Positions 17,801 to 25,652 of a stretch of DNA of 44,312 nucleotides are shown here, in pieces. Position numbers and translations under genes: made by a program. The DNA is taken from NCBI GenBank assembly GCA_963582725.1, contig CAUZSY010000001.1:1-44312 (forward strand). Direction: 5' to 3'. The notes beneath the pieces are model-generated. The model worked only from the letters and a program-made list of their open reading frames with translations. It was not told the origin of the DNA and did no database searches. This DNA comes from Candidatus Thalassarchaeaceae archaeon (GTDB lineage Archaea > Thermoplasmatota > Poseidoniia > Poseidoniales > Thalassarchaeaceae). Every line of letters begins with the position of its first letter. The first letter of the stretch is position 1.

Positions 17801-18260
17801 CGCGCTCGCTCTGGCTCTGCTGACGGCGATTCCGATCATCATCGTCGTGGTCTGGCTGTACGGCATGATCGCCGCCGCCGGATACGGCCTGAACATGGTG
17901 ACCGTGGCCATCGCCGCGATGTCGCTCGGCGTCGGCATCGATTACGTCATCCATGTCGTCGTCCGGTACCGCGAGGAGCGGCACGGCGGCCTCGGTCACG
18001 CCGATGCTCTGACCGCGGTCGGCGCGGCCAGCGGTCTGGCGCTGGTCGGCTCGGCGGTCAGTGACATGACCGGCTTCCTGATCATCTCGCGCTCGGCAAT
18101 GGGCTTCTTCGCCTCGTTCGGCCTGTTCAGCGCCATGATGATAGGACTCTCGCTGATCGCTTCGATGCTGCTGGCACCGGCCGCGCTGACCGCCGCCGAA
18201 GCCGTCCGGCGCGGCCGCACGGTGCGGAATGAATCCGCGGCGAGAGCGAACGATGAGTAA
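14871..18260 (+). CDS. MMPL/RND-superfamily membrane transporter (two 6-TM bundles, large extracytoplasmic domains)
   Basis: Duplicated motifs 'LGIDDSLHVLHRYKEERR' and 'LGVGIDYVIHVVVRYREER', each followed by TM clusters. 1129 aa. Confidence 0.85.
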   Translation: MRDFDRVASHLIPRRRLAHLFVGIVTLFLLVGLPVSMTPADIEGYNLESAEINAQRVIDDEFNGSGVLFGFIISLRQPAAVPAAPTPATVTEIIAYPGLGGGIESPQGGILNLSVLREIDRKTEAMTEFHISDLYSPLYSEVTGVPVEGVLSLSETFRDFMANRSRLTQPTVDLFGRLVPPATDWSDCGALECLTFDDPNITQAHIDLAAHRMANHSDGAFLRWLSDDRAFLPDPTSSVYGPVGGSLVQNGVWDDATWMPGRWSASSAWLLISLDHDAVQDAGWTFQWGEASQDWGYRLEGTGFVVDAPIHTSEQCLARVTAGEGACSVEWLFMSMQQTMRELDQQTTTLLVAESINVEVNRELYSSVWLLVLMGAAIVVLLWASLRRWSDVAIVCTGLVGSLVWMQGAIGWGIILGEGVGRPFIERSQFSNLLPILILALGIDDSLHVLHRYKEERRGGATPEGAAHTSVSRVGRAIMLTSLTTTAAFMANLFSDIPALRSFGIEAALGITSAFVLTGLWVPLVRLDVDLALRRRQRLREPRSDEINLVPAPWLAAITRSSGRFAPFVFLSALLITAIATPAMLSLEGDFKVEDFLDAESEFVVGVDLIDERFASEGEPATILIEGDMAHPAVLDAIVELRNNMDDISPEDPDKFSRDPAGHVKLIAIDEMLEASLYALMYDRTPYEAVGWNASLPDAGVNCPISGIGVPDFDDRGCITFFFGFMLTHGVPPSGGVPEISPGIAASILQAQTPIDPTRPWLDVNGDPAFFHRSLMQFGVRSADRFPLVELALAELDRDLAPFHNLTAASRKVRAPLTSVDDNHPLTWVIETGSPITRYIASTRMQGELQNSLGLGVLMCILALWWGFRPERQRAPSGVVAGSAGGLSPADATKQTGQQIETDETSIVELSPVVPSAVGLSTDGLSSNARLMAIRLLVSAPFIAASVWFIRWSDAPDWAFALLLALLLCGALFWGLRALALALLTAIPIIIVVVWLYGMIAAAGYGLNMVTVAIAAMSLGVGIDYVIHVVVRYREERHGGLGHADALTAVGAASGLALVGSAVSDMTGFLIISRSAMGFFASFGLFSAMMIGLSLIASMLLAPAALTAAEAVRRGRTVRNESAARANDE

Positions 18261-18433
18261 GGTGATGCCGCGACGATACGCTGCATGGCACGTGATGAAG
18301 TACGACGTGGTCATGAGTGAGCCGACGGTTCAGGAGATGGCAGGGCCCGAACCTCGGTGAACGGTCGAACATTGAAGTGGACCGACCTGTGCAGAAGCGA
18401 GCGAGGCAACGGAGAGATCAGCGAACGGATGGG

Positions 18434-18754
18434 ATGATGATGCCGGAGTCGACGTTGAAAGAGTTGGAACGGACCGACGACGGCGTCATCATGCGCTTCG
18501 CCGACGGCAACGAATCGACCGTCGACTACGCCGCGCTGCGACTCCACTGCCCCTGCGCCAAGTGCAAACCGAGTTGGCAGAACGAGCAGGGCCGGCACGA
18601 ACTGGCCGGTGAGATCGCTCGTATGCCCGACCAGAGACCGCAGGTAGAACTGGTCGGCAGGTACGGCCTCCGCTTCATCTGGCAGTCGGGTTGTTCGATG
18701 GGCATCTACTCGGGGGCTCATCTGAGGAGCATCGCCGATGGCACGCTCTACTGA
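18434..18754 (+). CDS. DUF971-family protein
   Basis: 'VDYAALRLHCPCAKCKP' and C-terminal 'GCSMGIYSGAHLRSI' resemble DUF971. I prefer the ATG at 18434 ('MMMPESTLKE') over the Arg-rich extension from the track start at 18317. Confidence 0.65.
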   Translation: MMMPESTLKELERTDDGVIMRFADGNESTVDYAALRLHCPCAKCKPSWQNEQGRHELAGEIARMPDQRPQVELVGRYGLRFIWQSGCSMGIYSGAHLRSIADGTLY

Positions 18755-18987
18755 CCACGGTGAGATCCGTCTCACGACCAGCAACACCGGGTCACGCACT
18801 CCCTCTCTCTTCTCTCCTGACCACCTCAGCACTACCTCAGGAAACCTGCTTTCGGGCGCCTCGTCGGTGATGATGACCGCTGTCAAGTCTACTTGACGAA
18901 TCGGGGCGAAGAGGTCAAGAGGGGGTGGCCTGACGGCTTCTCAGCCGGCGGTGTGGGTCAGCCCGCGTCCTCGGCCGGGCGATCGAC

Positions 18988-20469
18988 ATGAGTGACAAAG
19001 GTGGCGAGGGCGGCAAGGCCTCGGTGGAGGCTGGCGCGGAAGCCGATGACCTCGACGCGGAGGACGACTGGCAGCGCTGGGCGAGTGCCGACTATGGCGG
19101 CGCTGTCGACCCTTGGGAGGATCTGGAGGTGGTGGTGGCCGAGCAGACCGATACGCCGGCCGATGATGTCGGACTAGACGACGACGATGACGGATTCATC
19201 GTCGATGTCCGCGATCTGGAAGCGCCGCCATGCCCGGCACCGCTCGGCATCATCCACGTCATCAGGCTCGGCGCCTGCGATCACTGCCTGTCGCGCATCT
19301 CCGGCCGCTCCCGAGAAGGCGCTGCCGCAGCCGACCACGGCGCGACGATACGGGCAGAGATGGTCGAGCGCGACCCCGACCTCGCGTCCGACGACAACGA
19401 TGACGAGGGCTGGTGTCCCTTCTGCGAGGATCTGTTCGATGATGTCGATGTCGTCGTCGTTCGGCTGCTCGCATCGCTAGGCGATGTCTCTTTCGAGCAG
19501 ATGCAGATCGGCATCCACATCCCGAAGGACCTGTTGCAGGAGGAGGACAGACTGCGAACGAAGTTCGGTGCAGCGTCATCTCGGCCATTGAAATCTTCAT
19601 TCGTGGCAGTCATCGAATCGGCCCTCGTCGAGGCCATTCCGAATCTCCGCATGGTCAAGGATCGACCCGAGGTGATGGTGCTCATCGACACGCTGACGCT
19701 GCGCGTCGACGTCGATGTACGACCTGTCTTCATCTACGGCCGCTATCGAAAGCTGCAGCGCGGCATCCCGCAGACCAGATGGCCGTGCCGGGCCTGCCGC
19801 GGCCGCGACGGCGGTTGCGAATCGTGCCAGAACACCGGTTTGCAGTACCTCGACTCGGTGCAGGACCTGATCGGTGAGCCGGCGAGGGCGATGTTCGGCG
19901 CCGAACAGACGTCGTTCCACGGCATGGGCAGAGAGGACATCGACGTGCGCTGTCTAGGCCGGGGCCGTCCGTTCGTGCTGGAGATGAAGCAGCCGAGCAG
20001 CCGGAACGGTGACCTCGAAGCACTGACCGAGACCATCGCCAGCGCCACCGACGGTAAGGTCGAGGTGAACGATCTGCGCCTGTCTATGCGCAGCGAGGTG
20101 GCCCGCATCAAGGAGACCAAGGCGGAGAAGTCGTACACGATACGGTTCCGAGTCGAGGGCGGAATCGATGATGAGGCGGCGACCATCAGCGCCGTCGAGA
20201 GCCTCGGCGGGGCCGTGCTGGCCCAGCAGACTCCGAAGCGGGTCGCGCACCGCCGAGCCGACAAGGTGCGACAACGGCAGGTGATAGCGGTGTCAGAGGT
20301 CATGGTGGATGGTGATGAGGTGCAGTTCGAGGTTCGCTGTCAGACCGGCACTTACGTCAAGGAACTGGTCCACTCCGACGAAGGCAGGACCGAACCGAGC
20401 ATCGCGGCGCTGTTGCAGGCACCGTGCGAGGTCCTCTGGCTAGATGTCAAAGAGATCCACGCCGATTGA
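18988..20469 (+). CDS. pus10: tRNA pseudouridine(54/55) synthase Pus10 (archaeal), with acidic N-terminal extension
   Basis: Zn-binding 'CDHCLSR' / 'CPFCEDLF'. THUMP-like middle. C-terminal 'CQTGTYVKELVHSDEGRTEPSIAALL' is typical of Pus10. Confidence 0.82.
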   Translation: MSDKGGEGGKASVEAGAEADDLDAEDDWQRWASADYGGAVDPWEDLEVVVAEQTDTPADDVGLDDDDDGFIVDVRDLEAPPCPAPLGIIHVIRLGACDHCLSRISGRSREGAAAADHGATIRAEMVERDPDLASDDNDDEGWCPFCEDLFDDVDVVVVRLLASLGDVSFEQMQIGIHIPKDLLQEEDRLRTKFGAASSRPLKSSFVAVIESALVEAIPNLRMVKDRPEVMVLIDTLTLRVDVDVRPVFIYGRYRKLQRGIPQTRWPCRACRGRDGGCESCQNTGLQYLDSVQDLIGEPARAMFGAEQTSFHGMGREDIDVRCLGRGRPFVLEMKQPSSRNGDLEALTETIASATDGKVEVNDLRLSMRSEVARIKETKAEKSYTIRFRVEGGIDDEAATISAVESLGGAVLAQQTPKRVAHRRADKVRQRQVIAVSEVMVDGDEVQFEVRCQTGTYVKELVHSDEGRTEPSIAALLQAPCEVLWLDVKEIHAD

Positions 20470-20548
20470 GTGCAGTCGCTCGATTCGACAGTTCGGAGGA
20501 ATGCGACGCACTTAAGAAGAGGCGGTAGTTCGCGCGAATCCGCTGAAA

Positions 20549-20554
20549 AGGAGG
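20549..20554 (+). promoter_or_regulatory. Shine-Dalgarno-like AGGAGG, 7 nt upstream of the rpl21e ATG
   Basis: Read directly: 'gaaaAGGAGGcaatgccATG'. Confidence 0.6.
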
Positions 20555-20561
20555 CAATGCC

Positions 20562-20852
20562 ATGCGTCGCAGTCACGGATTCCGTCAGGGCACTCGGAGC
20601 ATCCTGAAGAAGTCGAAGCGACAGCGTCGTCGCGTCGAGATCCGCCGCATCATGCACCGGTATCAGGACGGCGACCGCGTCGCCATCGTCCTCGATGGCG
20701 CCCAGCAGCAGGGAATGCCGCACCGTCGCTTCCAGGGCAAGGTCGGAATCATCTCGAAACGACAGGGCAGGGCTTACATCGTCGATGTCGCCGACGGCGA
20801 CAAGATGAAGACGGTCATCGCCCGGCCAGAACACCTTCAATCAGTGGAGTGA
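20562..20852 (+). CDS. rpl21e: 50S ribosomal protein L21e
   Basis: 'MRRSHGFRQGTRSILKK...GDRVAIVLDGAQQQGMPHRRFQGKVGII...YIVDV.DG.K.KT' is the canonical L21e layout. 96 aa. Confidence 0.95.
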   Translation: MRRSHGFRQGTRSILKKSKRQRRRVEIRRIMHRYQDGDRVAIVLDGAQQQGMPHRRFQGKVGIISKRQGRAYIVDVADGDKMKTVIARPEHLQSVE

Positions 20853-21211
20853 GTCGGATGACGGAGAAGGAATACGTGGATTTCGCATCGGTTCGAGACT
20901 TCCTCATCGACGCTCAGTCGCGTCGCGGTGAACTGGGCTGGGAACAGGTGCTGGCACTCCAGCACGCCGAGTGGGCGGCATCACAGTCGCGCGGCGGCAT
21001 CACCACCGATTCGAAGGTTTTCAAGAGCCTGAAGACGGCGCTCGCCGAGATCGAGAAGATCTCCGAGCACCCTGAACTCTGCGCCAAGATCGCCGAGTTG
21101 ATGCCGATGCGCGTGGCTGATGTTCGAGCGGTTCTAGCGACTAAGAGGATCGCCATGGAGACCGATGAGATAGAGGGCATCATCACTTTGGTGCGACAAC
21201 ACGTCCTCTGA
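20849..21211 (+). CDS. rpoF: DNA-directed RNA polymerase subunit Rpo4/F
   Basis: About 115-120 aa, immediately after L21e as in most archaea. GTGA start/stop overlap at 20849-20852, or ATG at 20858. 'LALQHAEW', 'AKIAELMPMRVADVRAVLA', 'ETDEIEGIITLV' fit the RpoF helical pattern. Confidence 0.78.
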   Translation: MSRMTEKEYVDFASVRDFLIDAQSRRGELGWEQVLALQHAEWAASQSRGGITTDSKVFKSLKTALAEIEKISEHPELCAKIAELMPMRVADVRAVLATKRIAMETDEIEGIITLVRQHVL

Positions 21212-21254
21212 ATGGGCGACATACGCGTTGAAGAGTCGGCCGGTCCTGTTATGA

Positions 21255-21848
21255 GTGAGCATGCACCTGTGGATGGTGAGAGAGATGACCGAATCGCGAG
21301 GCCCCGCCGCCGTGGAAGAGGACCCGTACGAAGGTGAGTCGCACGTCCGCCTGCTCGACCAGGCGCCGCGCAACCAGCCGGGTGGCACCTGCCACGCTAT
21401 GACCGAATCGAACCTGCATCTCATCCGGATTCGTTCGGCTGGCACGGCGAGTGTTGAACAGGGTGCTCGATTGGAGATAGGTGCGGCTGGGGTGACCATC
21501 CTCGGAGCTCTGCGGCACCGTGACTTGTCACCACGCGGCGTTTCCCAGTTGCGCGAATCGATAACCGATGTGATAAACGAGAACCCGGAAATCTACCTCG
21601 GGTTCTACAACAGGGCCGGACCCGTCTCCCTGAAGATGCACGCCTTCCAACTGTTGCCCGGAATCGGCCAGTCGACGGCCCAGCAGATGGTCAGGTCGCG
21701 TGGCAGCGTCGGGTGGGACAGCCTCGACGCGGTCTCCGCCGCCTGCGACATCGATGCCGCCGCCTCTCTGGCCGCCCGGCTGACCGAAGAGATGCAGGAT
21801 CCCGATACCAAGCCGAGTCTGCTCGAACTGCTCGTTCGCGCCGTCTGA
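21255..21848 (+). CDS. DUF655-family protein (OB-like N-terminus + HhH C-terminus), conserved partner of RpoF/KsgA in archaea
   Basis: 'EEDPYEGESHVRLLD', 'FYNRAGPVSLKMHAFQLLPGIGQSTAQQMVRSR'. Position between rpoF and ksgA. Start uncertain (GTG 21255, ATG 21258, ATG 21273 or ATG 21288). Confidence 0.78.
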   Translation: MSMHLWMVREMTESRGPAAVEEDPYEGESHVRLLDQAPRNQPGGTCHAMTESNLHLIRIRSAGTASVEQGARLEIGAAGVTILGALRHRDLSPRGVSQLRESITDVINENPEIYLGFYNRAGPVSLKMHAFQLLPGIGQSTAQQMVRSRGSVGWDSLDAVSAACDIDAAASLAARLTEEMQDPDTKPSLLELLVRAV

Positions 21849-21862
21849 GGAATCGTGGTCGC

Positions 21863-22789
21863 ATGGACCTCGATACGAGGCTACTGGTCGACCTGCTGCT
21901 CGATCACAAGCGGGCCGACAGGGCTCTCGGCCAGCATTTCCTGCACGACGAATCGGTGTTGACCGCCGCCATCACCGCCTGTACCGACGCCGGTGCACCG
22001 CTCGACGAGTCATCGCACGTGCTCGAGGTCGGCCCAGGCGCCGGCTCGCTAACCCTCGCTCTGTTGGGAACCGGTGCTCGGATCACCGCGATGGAGGTCG
22101 ATGCCATCGCCATCGAACATCTGGAACGGACGTTCGCCGAACCGATCGACGACGACCGGCTGCGACTCGTCCAGACCGATGCGCTGCACTCCATCTGGCC
22201 CGATGTCACACATATCGTGGCCAACATACCGTACCAGATATCGAGTCCGCTGCTGGAGAGGATCCAGCGTCTGCCAGTGCAGCCACGAGTCGTCGTGCTG
22301 TTGCTACAGGAGGAGTTCGCCCACCGGTTGGCGATGCAGGCGGGGGCGACGGACCGTGGTCCCCTCGGCCTGTCTATCTGGCTCCAACACGATGTGACCC
22401 TGGTCCTTCGGGTGCCGCCGCACTGCTTCGTCCCAGCACCTCGCGTCCATTCGAGACTGGTCTCGCTGAAGCCTGCCAGCCGTGCCATCGCGGCTGACGA
22501 GCGATTCGACGCCCGCCTGTTCCGTATGCTCGTGGCTCACGCCTTCGAACGCCGCCGCCAGAAGTTGCGCAGCCGACTGCGCCGACCGCCGAAGCGACTC
22601 GGCCGATTGGCCGGATGGCACAAGCAGCGCTGGCAGGAGGCGGTCGCTTCGATCGACTCTGATGCTTCGGCAGCGGCATCGTTCGGCCTGCCGGCCGGAC
22701 TGCTCGACGATCGCCCGGAATCGCTCGAGCCGGAGGACTGGGTCAGACTCACCATCGCCCTCGCGGCACAGCAGACATCAGCCGCCTGA
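21863..22789 (+). CDS. ksgA: 16S rRNA (adenine-N6,N6)-dimethyltransferase KsgA/Dim1
   Basis: 'LGQHFLHDESV', SAM motif 'VLEVGPGAGSLT', 'VANIPYQISSPLL'. I chose the ATG at 21863. The track start at 21713 would overlap the DUF655 gene with an Arg-rich out-of-context extension. Confidence 0.9.
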   Translation: MDLDTRLLVDLLLDHKRADRALGQHFLHDESVLTAAITACTDAGAPLDESSHVLEVGPGAGSLTLALLGTGARITAMEVDAIAIEHLERTFAEPIDDDRLRLVQTDALHSIWPDVTHIVANIPYQISSPLLERIQRLPVQPRVVVLLLQEEFAHRLAMQAGATDRGPLGLSIWLQHDVTLVLRVPPHCFVPAPRVHSRLVSLKPASRAIAADERFDARLFRMLVAHAFERRRQKLRSRLRRPPKRLGRLAGWHKQRWQEAVASIDSDASAAASFGLPAGLLDDRPESLEPEDWVRLTIALAAQQTSAA

Positions 22790-23017
22790 CTCTCATCGGA
22801 TGACTTGACCGGTGCCATCGACATGCACCCTGTCATACAACCAGCGGACCGATGCCGTGCCGCCAGAGGCCGGCCTCTCACATCCGCTCTGGGGTCTCCT
22901 ATCGCGCGGGGTTGATAGCAGCCCCCCGTCTCGCCCGGGATGGCCCGAGGTTCGGAGCCGGCCTGCTCGAGTTCAAGTAAGGCGGAAGTGGACCAAAGAG
23001 GGCGAGGGGCGAATTGT

Positions 23018-24112
23018 ATGGCGAAGAAGGACACCTATCTGGCGCTGCTGCGACGCGGTATTGACAAGACGACGGCCGAAACGCTGGCTGACGTAGGCCT
23101 CAAGATCGGTGAGGTCAAGGAACTGACACTCGACCAGCTGGTCGGCAATTACGGCATCATTAAGAGCATCGCCGAAGGCGTCATCGAAGCGGTCAGGTCG
23201 GGTCCGAGGTCGGCCAGCCGCGAGCGCTTCCTGGCCGGTGTCCTGTCGTCTGACAAGGTCAAGAAGATGGACAAGATCGACCAGCAGCGATTCAAGCGCA
23301 AGCAGAAGCACGTGCTGCAGGAACTCCAGGAGCAGAAGGAACGGCTCCGGCTGGCCCGCGTCGACCAGTTCCGAGGCCACAAGCAGGTGATGACCCGTCT
23401 CGGCAAGACGATCGAACTGATCGTCAAACTGGAGACCAACTTCGACGACGAGTCGAAGGATGAGCAGAAGGTCAAGATCCGCGACCAGTTGGAGACCCGC
23501 GGACTGGAGGCGGCGCGAGATCACGAGTTGCTGGAACTGGCGGGAACACCGCAGGACATCGTCGATTTCCGGCGTCACATAGTCCCAACCATCACCTTCC
23601 ACTGCTGCCCAGAGTGCGGCGAGGAGATCGACCCCAGAGCCGGTAACGTCAACCTCGACGACACCACCGGATTCACCTTCATCTGCTGGGAATGCGAGTA
23701 CGAATTCACCCCGGTCATCTCCGAGGTCGTAGACCGGCATCTGGAATCCGATGAGAAGATCGAGATCGACCCCGACAAGCCGCCGAGACTGGAAGTGTTC
23801 GAACCGCCTAAGAGGGCGACCTCGCAGTCGCTGGCCGACCTTCTGAAAGCCGACCTCGAAGCGACCGGTGCAACGGCGGACGAGTTGGTCGCCGCGGTCG
23901 AGGAGAGCAACCTGTCCGGCGGCCTGATGAGCATCGAGGAGTGGATCGACCAGACGCTGGCGGCGAAAGGCTACATCCAGGCACAGGAGCATCGAGAGGA
24001 TTTCATCATCAGTACGGGTGCTGGGGCGACCAAGTTCAACAAGTGGATGAAGAAGGCTGGGCTGTATTTCAACAAACAGACCGGACGCTGGTGCCGCTGG
24101 GAAGATCGCTGA
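23018..24112 (+). CDS. hypothetical protein: N-terminal HhH-like module, Lys/Glu/Gln-rich coiled coil, central zinc ribbon, acidic C-terminal domain
   Basis: ATG at 23018 ('MAKKDTYLALLRRGIDKTTAETLADVGLKIGEVKELTLDQL'). 'CCPECGEEI...FICWECEYEF' is a 4-Cys ribbon. Purine-rich 'agagggcgagggg' lies upstream. No family recognised. Confidence 0.7.
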   Translation: MAKKDTYLALLRRGIDKTTAETLADVGLKIGEVKELTLDQLVGNYGIIKSIAEGVIEAVRSGPRSASRERFLAGVLSSDKVKKMDKIDQQRFKRKQKHVLQELQEQKERLRLARVDQFRGHKQVMTRLGKTIELIVKLETNFDDESKDEQKVKIRDQLETRGLEAARDHELLELAGTPQDIVDFRRHIVPTITFHCCPECGEEIDPRAGNVNLDDTTGFTFICWECEYEFTPVISEVVDRHLESDEKIEIDPDKPPRLEVFEPPKRATSQSLADLLKADLEATGATADELVAAVEESNLSGGLMSIEEWIDQTLAAKGYIQAQEHREDFIISTGAGATKFNKWMKKAGLYFNKQTGRWCRWEDR

Positions 24113-24393
24113 ACCGGGTCTTCTCGCTTCGATGTGTTGATCGGCCGCCCAACCACCGCTACTCTAGCCTACAGTTCACCCTCGCCACTCCACCGCTGGC
24201 TGTTCACACCGATCGTTCGCCCTGCGAACTCCACCGCCTTGGGCATCCTCGTTAGGACGATTCCTTTCTCGTCCGTCACCGCAGACCTGCATCATCTTCC
24301 GACTGATGCGGTGACTGACCCCAAACTCATCAGAAGAAATGATGATATCAGGCACATCTCTAGGACAACCATCTGTGAATTTGGTGTTCTACG

Positions 24394-25080
24394 ATGTCAG
24401 AAACCGCCATCATCAAGATCTCCGTTTCGCTGATTCTGTTCATCGGCGCCACCTTCATCTTCTTCGCACTGCGCTACAAGATGTGCCCATCGGACAAGAT
24501 ACTCGTCATCTTCGGCATCGGACCGGGAATGAATGGTAGGACGGTGAAGACGCTGCATGGCGGAGGAGCCCTGATCTGGCCACTGGTCCAGGACTACACC
24601 TTTCTGGACCTGAAGCCGATGACCATCGAAATCAATCTGACGAACGCTCTGTCGAACCAGAACATCAGAATCAACGTCCTATCCATCTTCACCTTAGGGG
24701 TCAGTACCCAACCCGTTCTCATCACCAACGCAGCCGAGCGCCTGCTCGGATTGACGCCCCAGTCCATCGAGGATATGGCTGAGGAGATCATCTTCAGCCA
24801 ATTACGGCTGGTGATCTCAAAGATGACGGTCGAAGATATTCATCAGAACAGCGAAGCCTTCCTCGATGAGATTCAATTTAATGTGAACCTCGAATTGAAC
24901 GAGATCGGCCTTCATCTGATCAATGTGAACATACTGGACATCACTGACATGGAAGGAATCATCGAGTCCATGAGAAGTGCTGCTGTGGTGAAGCCTGCCC
25001 CTGCGGTTGGAACTGTTCCTGCAAGCCGAGCAGTCAGCTTCGGTAACGTCTTCGAGGAGACAACCTCGGATGAGGTCTGA
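24394..25080 (+). CDS. SPFH/Band-7 domain protein, flotillin (YqiK/FloT)-like, lacking the C-terminal flotillin coiled-coil region
   Basis: N-terminal TM, then 'RYKMCPSDKILVIFG', 'LSNQNIRINV', 'AAERLLGLTPQSIEDMAEEIIFSQLRLVI', 'IGLHLINVNILDITD'. This is collinear with flotillin SPFH domains, but the ORF stops at 228 aa. Lower GC than its surroundings. Confidence 0.8.
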   Translation: MSETAIIKISVSLILFIGATFIFFALRYKMCPSDKILVIFGIGPGMNGRTVKTLHGGGALIWPLVQDYTFLDLKPMTIEINLTNALSNQNIRINVLSIFTLGVSTQPVLITNAAERLLGLTPQSIEDMAEEIIFSQLRLVISKMTVEDIHQNSEAFLDEIQFNVNLELNEIGLHLINVNILDITDMEGIIESMRSAAVVKPAPAVGTVPASRAVSFGNVFEETTSDEV

Positions 25081-25171
25081 GACCGGGGCCCCGCGCTGCC
25101 TAGATGCCGCTGACTGCCTGAAGTGGATTGAAGGGAGCGAGTCCTGTCCACAGGCGTGCGGTGAGCGGTAG

Positions 25172-25468
25172 GTGGCGAGTCATCCCGTGGTTAGGTTCTA
25201 TCGCGGCGGCATGCTGCTAGGCGCTGCCGAGGCGCCTCCCGGTGCGCCACTCGTCGACATCGCCGAGGCCGCAGGAGTCGACATCGCGACGAACTGCACC
25301 GCCGGCAATTGCGGCACCTGCATGGGCACGCTGAAGAGCGGCGCGGTCGAGGCAATCGAGCCGTTGCCGGCCGGCCTCGACGAGGAAATCGTCGCCGAGG
25401 GAGCCGTCCTCTGCTGCATCCAGATCCCCGTTGGCTCCTGTGATATCGATGTCAGACCACCGATATGA
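25172..25468 (+). CDS. [2Fe-2S] ferredoxin (plant/adrenodoxin-like Cys pattern)
   Basis: 'NCTAGNCGTCMGTLKSG' (C-x4-C-x2-C) plus the distal 'VLCC'. About 95 aa. GTG start. Confidence 0.78.
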   Translation: MASHPVVRFYRGGMLLGAAEAPPGAPLVDIAEAAGVDIATNCTAGNCGTCMGTLKSGAVEAIEPLPAGLDEEIVAEGAVLCCIQIPVGSCDIDVRPPI

Positions 25469-25504
25469 GGGGCGGCAGGGACGAGTCGAAGGTGAGGTGG
25501 TCGA

Positions 25505-25645
25505 ATGGAGCGGGAGTTATTGCTCGTCATCGCGGTCGACCTGATTGGCGTAGGTCTGGCCGTCTGGTGGCTGGTTCGGAAACTGCGCAGCAAGTTCGCA
25601 GAGGTCGAGGAGCGGCACGAACAGCGCCGGCAACGCGAACTCTGA
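25505..25645 (+). CDS. possible unannotated 46-aa single-pass membrane protein
   Basis: My own translation: MERELLLVIAVDLIGVGLAVWWLVRKLRSKFAEVEERHEQRRQRELstop. 'GGTGAGGTGG' ends 4 nt upstream of the ATG. Ends 7 nt before the xseA ATG. Below the ORF-track cutoff. Confidence 0.35.
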   Translation: MERELLLVIAVDLIGVGLAVWWLVRKLRSKFAEVEERHEQRRQREL

Positions 25646-25652
25646 GGTCCGG

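Noticed and set aside
21713-21862. Upstream extension of the KsgA ORF (track start 21713)
   Set aside because: The extension overlaps the 3' end of the DUF655 gene in another frame and translates to an Arg-rich string ('GQPRRGLRRLRHRCRRLSGRP'). KsgA homology begins just after the ATG at 21863.
22973-23992. 339-aa minus-strand ORF
   Set aside because: It is antisense to the 23018-24112 gene. The plus-strand frame has the zinc ribbon, coherent coiled-coil heptads and a purine-rich leader. The minus frame is a Leu/Arg/Asp-rich mirror.
24151-24238. Three copies of a C(A/T)CCACCGC motif spaced about 40 nt apart in the spacer upstream of the flotillin-like gene
   Set aside because: They are too short and degenerate to distinguish from chance in GC-rich DNA. 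No flanking unit conservation suggests a CRISPR or iteron array.
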